Shown here piece after piece: positions 23,571 to 33,644 of a stretch of DNA of 33,644 nt. The stretch is from Nemertoderma westbladi (taxonomy: Eukaryota; Animalia; Xenacoelomorpha): the NCBI GenBank assembly GCA_032718475.1, contig JAUCBJ010003919.1, positions 1 to 33,644 of the forward strand, in the 5' to 3' direction. The notes under the pieces are model-generated. The model had not been told where the DNA came from. It saw only the letters and a list, made by a program, of their open reading frames with translations, and searched no databases. The position numbers and the translations under genes were made by a program. How positions within the stretch are numbered: position 1 is the stretch's first letter; every line of letters begins with the position of its first letter.

Positions 23571-25949
23571 CTCCACGGTAATACGCCGTAATACACGGCT
23601 GCTGGACGGTAAAACGCCGTAATACACGGTTGCTGGACGGTAACACGCTGTAATACACGGCTGCTGGACGGTAATACGCTGTAATATACGGCTGCTGGAC
23701 GGTAATACGCTGTAATACACGGCTGCTGGACGGTAATACGCTGTAATACACGGCTGCTGGACGGTAATACGCTGTAATACACGGCTGCTGGACGGTAATA
23801 CGCTGTAATACACGGCTGCAGGACGGTAATACGCTGTAATACACGGCTGCTGGACGGTAATACGCTGTAATATACGGCTGCTGGACGGTAATACGCTGTA
23901 ATACACGGCTGCAGGACGGTAATACGCTGTAATACACGGCTGCTGGACGGTAATACGCTGTAATATACGGCTGCTGGACGGTAATACGCTGTAATACACG
24001 GCTGCTGGACGGTAATACGCTGTAATACACGGCTGCAGGACGGTAATACGCTGTAATACACGGCTGCTGGACGGTAATACGCTGTAATAGACGGCTGTTG
24101 GACGGTAATACGCTGTAATACACGGCTGCTGTACGGTAATACGCCGTAATACACGGCTGCTGGACGGTAACACGATGTAATAGACGGCTGTTGGACGGTA
24201 ATACGCTGTAATACACGGCTGCTGGACGGTAATACGCTGTAATACACGGCTGCTGGACGGTAATACGCTGTAATACACGGCTGTTGTACGGTAATACGCC
24301 GTAATATACGGCTGATGTACGGTAATACGCCGTAATACACGGCTGCTGGACGGTAATACGCTGTAATACACGGCTGCTGGACGGTAACGCTCTAATACAC
24401 GGCTGTTGGACGGTAATACGCTGTAATAGACGGATGCTCCACGGTAATACGCCGTAATACACGGCTGCTGTACGGTAATACGCCGTAATACACGGCTGTT
24501 GGACGGTAATACGCCGTAATACACGGCTGCTGGACGGTAATACGCTGTAATAGACGGCTGTTGGACGGTAATACGATGTAATACACGGCTGCTGGACGGT
24601 AATACGCTGTAATAGACGGCTGTTGGACGGTAATACGCTGTAATACACGGCTGCTGGACGGTAATACGCTGTAATACACGGCTGCTGTACGGTAATACGC
24701 CGTAATATACGGCTGATGTACGGTAATTCGCCGTAATACACGGCTGCTGGACGGTAATACGCTGTAATACACGGCTGCTGGACGGTAACGCTCTAATACA
24801 CGGCTGCTGGACGGTAACGCTCTAATACACGGCTGTTGGACGGTAATACGCTGTAATAGACGGATGCTCCACGGTAATACGCCGTAATACACGGCTGCTG
24901 GACGGTAATACGCTGTAATACACGGCTGCTGGACGGTAATACGCTGTAATACACGGCTGCTGTACGGTAATACGCCGTAATATACGGCTGATGTACGGTA
25001 ATTCGCCGTAATACACGGCTGCTGGACGGTAATACGCTGTAATACACGGCTGCTGGACGGTAACGCTCTAATACACGGCTGCTGGACGGTAACGCTCTAA
25101 TACACGGCTGTTGGACGGTAATACGCTGTAATAGACGGATGCTCCACGGTAATACGTGGTAATACACTGTTGCTGGACGGTAATACGCTGTAATACACGG
25201 CTGCTGGACGGTAATACGCTGTAATACACGGCTGCTGGACGGTAATACGCTGTAATAGACGGCTGTTGGACGGTAATACGATGTAATACACGGCTGCTGG
25301 ACGGTAATACGCTGTAATAGACGGCTGTTGGACGGTAATACGCTGTAATACACGGCTGCTGGACGGTAATACGCTGTAATACACGGCTGCTGGACGGTAA
25401 CACGCTGTAATAGACGGCTGCTGGACTGTAATAGACGGCTGCTCCACGGTAATACGCTGTAATACACGGCTGCTGGACGGTAATACGCTGTAATACACGG
25501 CTGCTGGACGGTAATACGCTGTAATACACGGCTGCTGGACGGTAATACGCTGTAATACACGGCTGCTGGACGGTAATACGCTGTAATACACGGCTGCGGG
25601 ACGGTAATACGCTGTAATACACGGCTGCTGGACGGTAATACGCTGTAATACACGGCTGCTGGACGGTAATACACTGTAATACACGGCTGCTGGACGGTAA
25701 TACGCTGTAATACACGGCTGCTGGACGGTAATACGCTGTAATACACGTCTGCTGGACGGTAATACGCTGTAATACACGGCTGCTGGACGGTAATACGCTG
25801 TAATACACGGCTGCTGGACGGTAATACGCTGTAATACACGGCTGCTGGACGGTAATACGCTGTAATACACGGCTGCTGGACGGTAATACGCTGTAATACA
25901 CGGCTGCTGGACGGTAATACGCTGTAATACACGGCTGCTGGACGGTAAT
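23571..25949. repeat. 31-bp CpG-rich minisatellite (gtaatacgctgtaatacacggctgctggacg), roughly 77 copies
   Basis: 31-bp period with an internal gtaatac duplication; shortened variants (gtaacgctctaatac) recur near 24385, 24815 and 25090. Confidence 0.98.
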
Positions 25950-26241
25950 GCTTCGGCAGTTGTTCAATCTACCGCTAGTGCAGGTGGGTTGAAATGAAAA
26001 CCTTCAGTCATTTCGTATTATTGTTTATAATTCTTCCTGATTGATACCTGGCACATATATTCTAGACCTCAGAGTGGGGTTTTGTGAGGTGTTAAATCGT
26101 CTGCAGTTACCGAGTCTGCCTATAGGTGGTAAAGTGATTAGGGGACATCTGCTTAGATTTTGCTTATAATTCTTTCGAGTTGATGAATTGGATAAGTTTA
26201 TGACACGTGCTGCGCGAAGGTCCCACTTTTTGTCTTACATA

Positions 26242-26295
26242 CACCATGTCATGGAATATAGTCTATATTCCATTACTATATTCCAGGACATGGTG
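26242..26295. mobile_element. 54-bp TIR-only element of family A
   Basis: TA|caccatgtcatggaatatag...ctatattccaggacatggtg|TA. Confidence 0.7.
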
Positions 26296-26389
26296 TAATA
26301 TGTAACACAATATCATATATTATTTTGAATCCTTCGATGGTCAGTTTTTCCATCAGAACAACCAAACCACCAGACCATCAAACAGAATG

Positions 26390-26550
26390 GGTAACTGGTG
26401 AAATATCGCCAGAGACTCTTTTTTCAAACACTTGTAGCTAAAGATTGAATGTAAAAATAAAAATTTTGGCTCAGCCATGAAGAAGGAGGAGGGATGTGAA
26501 ATTATCTCTCTTTCAAATTTAATGTAATCTCATTTGAGATTTGTATAAAT
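26390..26550 (-). mobile_element. Partial inverted family A copy
   Basis: gtaactggtgaaatatcgccagagactc...ttgtagctaaaga...gatttgtataaa is the reverse complement of about 5-143. Confidence 0.6.
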
Positions 26551-27116
26551 ATTGGGGTGGGGGTGTTTGTGGTTTCAATAAAGTAAGTTCACTTTTAGGA
26601 GTGTAGGCCTATTCTACGGAATGCCTAAAATACCAATTCGCAGTTGGTAGTGCACCGCTACTGTATCAAAGATTGTCTGTTTCTGTTACCGGTACTGGTT
26701 GTTAGGCCTATGGTGTTTACTTTTAGTTTGACTTATGCAGCGGATAGCGGAACACTTGAAGACGGAGAGCAAACAGCCTGACAAGGATATTAAATGTGAA
26801 ATGAATAGGATCGGATAGGATAGAACTATGAAATGATAGGGTCTAAATAATATATTATAGGATAAGGGCCACCCTATTAAGTGTAGAACGTTCGTATAAA
26901 AAGGTGTGATATAGTTCTACATTACTTCATACTCTATGGAAGAAAGGTGTGAAAGTATAAAAAAATCAATACATTGAAAATTATAATAATTCTGATACAT
27001 TTTTATACATATATTGTAACTTGTGACTCGCTGGACTTTTATTTCGGATTTTAACAAAACCTGAAAACTAAAATGAAAATGTTATAAAAATATATTTTTT
27101 GTAGATATAAACTCAC

Positions 27117-27141
27117 CTTGTTTGTTTTGTTTCCTCCACAT
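27117..27141 (-). CDS. Tentative first coding exon of the ZO-1-like gene (MWRKQNKQ)
   Basis: ATG TGG AGG AAA CAA AAC AAA CAA G followed by a consensus donor AAG|GTGAGT; phase 1 fits the acceptor at 22197. No homology support. Confidence 0.4.
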
Positions 27142-28132
27142 TTACGATAAATAATTAATTAATAATATAATAACTCTCATATCACTATAATCTATTTCAT
27201 ATTTCTTTTATATAAAAATACCCCAAATACAATAAATTACTCATTAAAAAGACGCGAGTGGAATCAATTAGTTTATTATTATTACGAGTTAATTGTACTT
27301 TGGCCAGAATTTATTTGGCATTTTAAAACAATAACTCATACAGATTGTCCCTATATACTAACTATTATAACAGGGGAGGGGGGGGGGGGGGGGGTTGTAT
27401 GTGGGTAAGTGTTGTTCAACCTTCCCACGCCATTAGTAATAAGATACTTTGCAATACAAACGTTAAACTGACACGTAACATTTGCTTATTAAATACGCTG
27501 AATACTGATTGGAGTTTTCAAAGATTACGGCTCTAAGTTCCTTCTGGGTTTCAAAATTAGATCACAGATGTTGTACCTAAGTGTCTATGATAAAGTTTAC
27601 GACAATATTATGCGTTAATAGGCTGAGTCACAAACGACTGTTTCGAAAGGACATTATACCGATACGTCACAGCAAAGTTTATATTGTATTACCTCAGATA
27701 TTAACGAGTAAGTCATATAGTCATGGCTACCGTATAAATAAATACAAATTGAGTGGAAAACTAAATAGGCCTAATATAGAATTTACCCAAATAATTGCTT
27801 TAAAGCCATCACAGGTAGTTTATTATTTTATTCCAAAAGGGAATACTAGTTTCCTAAATTAAATTATATTGTTCTCCCAAAATAAATTTATTTAAGATAT
27901 TATATTTAAATGTCTGTCAATTTAAGCAGGGGTCTATCCTCCAATTGGTAACGAGAGCGTTTAATATTTTGGTTAAAGAAGCCTGCTCCTGCAAACTTTA
28001 CCCTCTATTGGTAGTGATAACGTTTACTGTTTTGGTTAGAAAAGCGTGTAGATGGAGCCTGTTCCTTTCCCTCAAATTGTACACGGTAGGAATAGTTTGG
28101 GTATCTCAGTTGCGTGGTTACCGGGGTATTTA

Positions 28133-28346
28133 TCCGAGATAGGGATGGGGGGGGGGGGGGGGGGGGGGGGCTGGACGAAAATCTCATCTTGGCGAATTAA
28201 TATCCCGCCTCAATATAAAATTCGCAATTTAGGGAAGAAATGAGCAGGTTACACAATAGAACAGGTTACAGTTTTATTTTTGAGAGTAATCAGCTGTTAT
28301 TTGCGTCCAATTTCCCCAAGAGAGGGATGATTTTTTTATTGCGTCA
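28133..28346. mobile_element. MITE family B copy, right-truncated
   Basis: ttggcgaattaatatcccgcctcaat and cacaatagaacaggtta...ttttatttttgagagtaatc are shared with 11480-11744. Confidence 0.75.
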
Positions 28347-28523
28347 AGCATACAGGACTAGTCAGCACATTTATTGAGCACGATAAGGCAAAATAAGTAG
28401 GCAAAAAAAATTAAATAGGCAAAATAAGAAGCATTGAATTTATCAGAAATTATTATAGAAAACTAAGAGTAACATTCTCATTAAATAGAAGCTTACCCAT
28501 ACTCTACATAAGCATAATACATA

Positions 28524-29205
28524 CACCATGTCCTGGAATATAGTTACGAATATAGTGTATATATTTTTGGTCTCATTTTTTAGTTACAAGCGTTGTAATA
28601 AAGAGTCTCCGTCGATATTGCACCAGTTACACCGTTGTTATTCTTACTTATAGTGATTTGTTGGTACTGTTAGAAAGCTATGTAGCAATATGCAAGGATT
28701 ACATCATGTACAATGGAATCTCAATTTCGTCGTAAAACAGCTGAGACATAGGCGTTCGAAAGTTGCATGTTTTAGCACTGCGAGACGCTATTTTAGGTTA
28801 ATTTAATAAATACACCATATTCTAGAACATTTCGTTTATCCCATACGTAGCTGGGCAACAAAACAATACCTCTATAATCGCACTAGTACGGAACTATTCA
28901 TACATGATCAAAATGTTCCAGAATATGTTGTATTTATTAACTTTAGAACGCCCATATCTCAGCTATTTTACGACGAAATTGAGATTTTGTTACATATTTG
29001 GAAACCTTGCATGGCCAGTTTTCCATAAGTACTAACGAATCGCTATAAGGTTTAGGAAACATGTTAGACGACTGGCACAACATCGAACGAGACACCATTT
29101 TCTAAAACCCTCTACCTAAGAAAATTAATTAGAGCAAATATAAAAATTCTGAAGGGATTCTGAAGAAATTCTGAAGAGGTGAAAATGTTTCAAATTTCAT
29201 AAATG
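28524..29205. mobile_element. Family A foldback copy
   Basis: Starts TA+caccatgtcctggaatatag; gtctccgtcgatattgcaccagttacaccg and cccatacgtagc match the 1-608 copy; internal mirror symmetry. The right end is approximate. Confidence 0.75.
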
Positions 29206-29249
29206 AATTGTAGTTGAGCTGTTAATGCAAATTTAATAATATAATGACA

Positions 29250-29478
29250 ATTGTAATAAGTTGTTTAGAAATGGAAAAAAATGAGAAAGCGCGTCACCGG
29301 GGTTGAACCAGCGCTATACTTACGTTTCGACCTATCAGGCCTCTTTAGCAGCGCTAATAGGTTCAGCCACTCCCCCCTGACATTAACCTTTCTATTTATT
29401 CCATTTACGTATAGTGCTGGTTCAACCCCCGGTGACGCGCTTTCTCATTTTTTCAATTTCTAAACAACTTATTACAAT
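29250..29478. mobile_element. About 70-bp inverted repeat enclosing a hammerhead; Penelope-like element/retrozyme remnant
   Basis: Arms 29250-29319 and 29409-29478 are near-perfect reverse complements. The PLE assignment is inferred only from the hammerhead. Confidence 0.55.
29304..29365 (-). ncRNA. Type I hammerhead ribozyme fold with a G5A core substitution (probably inactive)
   Basis: UGAACC-UAUU-AGCGCUG CU[A]AAGA GGCCU-GAU-AGGUC GAAAC-GUAA-GU A/UAGCGCU-GGUUCA: stems I, II and III all pair and the cleavage triplet is GUA. Confidence 0.75.
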
Positions 29479-29529
29479 ACTATTCAAATTGCATGCAATC
29501 TAATGAAGATTTGTAGAAATGGGGCAACT

Positions 29530-31441
29530 CTGACCAGAACGAGACTATACACACACTATCTCACCTGGTGCGGCAAGTACCTGACCAGACGAGACTATAC
29601 GCACACTCTCTCACCTGGGGCGGCAAGTACCTGACCAACGAGACTATACGCACACTCTCTCACTTGGGGCGGCAAGTACCTGACCAGACGAGACTATACG
29701 CACACTCTCTCAACTGGGCGGCAAGTACCTGACCAGAACGATGCTATTCGCACACTATCTCACCTGGTGCGGCAAGTACCTGACCAGACGAGACTATACG
29801 CACACTCTCTCACCTGGGGCGGCAAGTACCTGACCAGAACGAGACTATACGCACACCCTCTCACCTGGGGCGGCAAGTACCTGACCAGAACGAGACTATA
29901 CGCACACTCTCTCACCTGGGCGGCAAGTACCTGACCAGAACGATACTATACGCACACTCTCTCACCTGGGGCGGCAAGTACCTGACCAGAACGAGACTAT
30001 ACGCACACCCTCTCACCTGGGGCGGCAAGTACCTGACCAGAACGAGACTATACGCACACCCTCTCACCTGGGGCGGCAAGTACCTGACCAGAACGAGACT
30101 ATACGCACACTCTCTCACCTGGGCGGCAAGTACCTGACCAGAACGATACTATACGCACACTCTCTCACCTGGGGCGGCAAGTACCTGACCAGAACGAGAC
30201 TATACGCACACCCTCTCACCTGGGGCGGCAAGTACCTGACCAGAACGAGACTATACGCACACTCTCTCACCTGGGCGGCAAGTACCTGACCAGAACGAGA
30301 CTATACGCACACCCTCTCACCTGGGGCGGCAAGTACCTGACCAGACGAGACTATACGCACACTCTCTCACCTGTGGCGGCAAGTACCTGACCAGAACGAG
30401 ACTATACGCACACTCTCTAACCTGGGGCGGCAAGTACCTGACCAGAACGATACTATACGCACACTCTCTCACCTGGGGCGGCAAGTACCTGACCAGAACG
30501 AGACTATACGCACACCCTCTCACCTGGGGCGGCAAGTACCTGACCAGAACGAGACTATACGCACACTCTCTCACCTGGGCGGCAAGTACCTGACCAGAAC
30601 GAGACTATACGCACACTCTCTCACCTGGGGCGGCAAGTACCTGACCAGAACGAGACTATACGCACACTCTCTCACCTGGTGCGGCAAGTACCTGGCCAGA
30701 ACGAGACTATACGCACACTCTCTAACCTGGGGCGGCAAGTACCTGACCAGAACGAGACTATACGCACACCCTCTCACCTGGGGCGGCAAGTACCTGACCA
30801 GAACGAGACTATACGCACACTCTCTCACTTGGTGCGGCAAGTACCTGACCAGAACGAGACTATACGCACACTCTCTCACCTGGGCGGCAAGTACCTGACC
30901 AGAACGAGACTATACGCACACTCTCTCACCTGGGGCGGCAAGTACCTGACCAGAACGAGACTATACGCACACTCTCTCACCTGGGGCGGCAAGTACCTGA
31001 CCAGAACGAGACTATACGCACACCCTCTCACCTGGGGCGGCAAGTACCTGACCAGAACGAGACTATACGCACACTCTCTCACCTGGGGCGGCAAGTACCT
31101 GACCAGAACGAGACTATACGCACACTCTCACCTGGGGCGGCAAGTACCTGACCAGACGAGACTATACGCACACTCTCTCCCCTGGGGCGGCAAGTACCTG
31201 ACCAGAACGAGACTATACGCACACTCTCTCACCTGGGCGGCAAGTACCTGACCAGAACGAGACTATACGCACACTCTCTAACCTGGGGCGGCAAGTACCT
31301 GACCAGAACGAGACTATACGCACACCCTCTCACCTGGGGCGGCAAGTACCTGACCAGAACGAGACTATACGCACACTCTCTCACCTGGTGCGGCAAGTAC
31401 CTGACCAGAACGAGACTATACGCACTCTCTCACTTGGGGCG
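29530..31441. repeat. 51-bp minisatellite (ctcacctggggcggcaagtacctgaccagaacgagactatacgcacactct), roughly 38 copies
   Basis: 51-bp period (for example 29961 to 30012) with 48-50-bp indel variants. Confidence 0.97.
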
Positions 31442-32322
31442 TTGGTAGGTGCGGCCACCACCAGACCGGATCACCTTATGATTTACCGTTATGACCGATT
31501 TGAACAGGGAATCATAATGTTCCAGAATGATTTAGGAAAAAAAATTAATTTCTAAAGCTGCTATTAAATTTATTTCAAAAATAATTTGGCAACATTCCCT
31601 ACAATAAAATCCTTCTATAATAGTGACTACTATATAACAAATAACACCACTATAACATTTGAGTACATAACGGTAGTATATAACAATGTCGCTAAGAAAA
31701 TATTTAGATTTAAACCTGAAGTAAAATTTCAGAAGCAAAGATAAATAGAAAAATAAATAAACCGCTTAAAACCATTATAAATGTGTGAAATATAATACAC
31801 AACATACACAGCAGCACCTCAATATATTATAACAACCTATTCGCAACAATGAAAGACAACATTTAGGTAGCTTGTGTTGATCTATTTAAACAAATAATAT
31901 AATCTCTCTTCTTTCGACCATATTAAAGTTTCATTCGAATGCGAACTTAACTGGGTATAATTTATTGACAATTTGTTATTTTTCTTACAGTTTATAAGAA
32001 CAAAACCCAACGATTTTAACCAGAAACAGCGATTTTGTACTTTTTTAAGTTGTGAAACTTTTTATGTTTATCAGTTTATATTTATCGAAAGTGGAAATTA
32101 AATCTCTTAAAATATCGTTCAATTTCCAAATTAATATTTTGAAAAAGAAAAATAGAAAAAATATTTTGTAACCGACTGACTAAATATATCATCAATTAAG
32201 CAATGTATTTAGCAATAAATGATTAATCGACACAAATAAGAGAAAAATAATTATTTATCTAGCCATTTCTATAGTTTGGCCGACGTCCTTGCAGTAACCG
32301 ACATAGGAGATCCGGTGGGTTT

Positions 32323-32455
32323 TAAAGTTTCCCTAACTTAGTATAAAAGCTGTGAGACGGGTTGGTTTCATCGCGAACTCGGTTCAGATATTCCTTTATA
32401 GTCGGACGTTCGGCGAAGTCCCGTCCCACAGTTGGGTTAGTTCGCAATACAGCAC
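32323..32455 (-). pseudogene. Probable frameshifted C-terminal fragment of a glutathione S-transferase (theta-like)
   Basis: VLYCELTQL in one frame is followed by VGRDFAERPTIKEYLNRVRDETNP in another, resembling the GST-theta pattern CE..Q...G.D...RP.L..W..RV. Recognised by eye only. Confidence 0.4.
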
Positions 32456-32647
32456 TGACTGAATCAATCACTATAGTTTATATTTATTAATATTTCATTG
32501 TATATATTTTAAATTTATAGTTTGAATTTAACCTGGTTCACTGGAAAAGCAATAATTAAAATCTCACGGGTAAGGTGGATACACTGCACTGGTGCAAAGA
32601 GAGAAAAAAATCAGACGATGGAATTCATTTATGTCCAAAATATGATG

Positions 32648-33644
32648 TTATTGTAGGACACAAGGGGTTAAATTTATTGTAGGACACAAAGGGTTAAATT
32701 TATTGTAGGACACAAAGGGTTAAATTTATTGTAGGACACAAGGGGTTAAATTTATTGTAGGACACAAGGGATTAAATTTATTGTAGGACACAAAGGGTTA
32801 AATTTATTGTAGGACACAAAGGGTTAAATTTATTGTAGGACACAAGGGATTAAATTTATTGTAGGACACAAAGGGTTAAATTTATTGTAGGACACAAAGG
32901 GTTAAATTTATTGTAGGACACAAGGGGTTGAATTTATTGTAGGACACAAAGGGTTAAATTTATTGTAGGACACAAAGGGTTAAATTTATTGTAGGACACA
33001 AAGGGTTAAATTTATTGTAGGACACAAGGGATTAAATTTATTGTAGGACACAAGGGGTTAAATTTATTGTAGGACACAAAGGGTTAAATTTATTGTAGGA
33101 CACAAAGGGTTAAATTTATTGTAGGACACAAGGGATTAAATTTATTGTAGGACACAAGGGGTTGAATTTATTGTAGGACACAAAGGGTTAAATTTATTGT
33201 AGGACACAAAGGGTTAAATTTATTGTAGGACACAAGGGATTAAATTTATTGTAGGACACAAGGGGTTAAATTTATTGTAGGACACAAAGGGTTAAATTTA
33301 TTGTAGGACACAAAGGGTTAAATTTATTGTAGGACACAAGGGATTAAATTTATTGTAGGACACAAAGGGTTAAATTTATTGTAGGACACAAAGGGTTAAA
33401 TTTATTGTAGGACACAAGAGATTAAATTTATTGTAGGACACAAGGGGTTGAATTTATTGTAGGACACAAAGGGTTAAATTTATTGTAGGACACAAAGGGT
33501 TAAATTTATTGTAGGACACAAGGGATTAAATTTATTGTAGGACACAAAGGGTTAAATTTATTGTAGGACACAAGGGATTAAATTTATTGTAGGATACAAA
33601 GGGTTAAATTTATTGTAGGACACAAGAGATTAAATTTATTGTAG
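32648..33644. repeat. 25-26-bp minisatellite (tttattgtaggacacaaagggttaaa), roughly 39 copies, running off the window
   Basis: Clear periodicity; aaaggg, aagggg and aagggat variants. Confidence 0.97.

Noticed and set aside
23512-25967. ORFs of 250-400 aa (QRITVQQPCITAYYRPAAVYY)
   Set aside because: Product of a stop-free 31-bp repeat that cycles through all frames; no coding constraint is visible.
29147-29186. CTGAAGA...GAAA as a second hammerhead
   Set aside because: A short triplicated motif with no stem II or stem I pairing.
29912-31251. Repetitive ORFs on both strands
   Set aside because: 51-bp repeat with 1-2-nt indels that break the frame.
12428-33644. CRISPR array interpretation of the 26-51-bp repeats
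   Set aside because: Units are head-to-tail with no unique spacers, there are no cas genes, and the context is spliceosomal.

Overview
AT-rich eukaryotic (invertebrate-animal-like) genomic DNA with spliced genes and much tandem-repeat DNA; not prokaryotic. Two convergent genes are present. (1) On +, a single 1.96-kb terminal exon (898-2858) of an SLC26/prestin-like anion transporter with a STAS domain; its first exon(s) lie left of the window. (2) On -, a ZO-1/TJP1-like tight-junction MAGUK reconstructed by hand from 8 phase-compatible GT-AG exons plus 3 tentative ones (about 27141 to 6173), encoding PDZ1-PDZ2-PDZ3-SH3-U5; no GuK exons were found before the SLC26 exon. About half of the window is minisatellite (30, 42, 30, 31, 51 and 26 bp units), and several units contain splice-site-like motifs or copy a real exon junction. 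Also present: a TA-flanked Tc1/mariner-type non-autonomous element that splits a minisatellite, several MITE/foldback copies, perfect hairpins, a type I hammerhead-ribozyme fold with a G5A core change inside a Penelope-like inverted repeat (29250-29478), and a probable frameshifted GST fragment. Most long ORFs in the supplied track are artefacts of the repeats.
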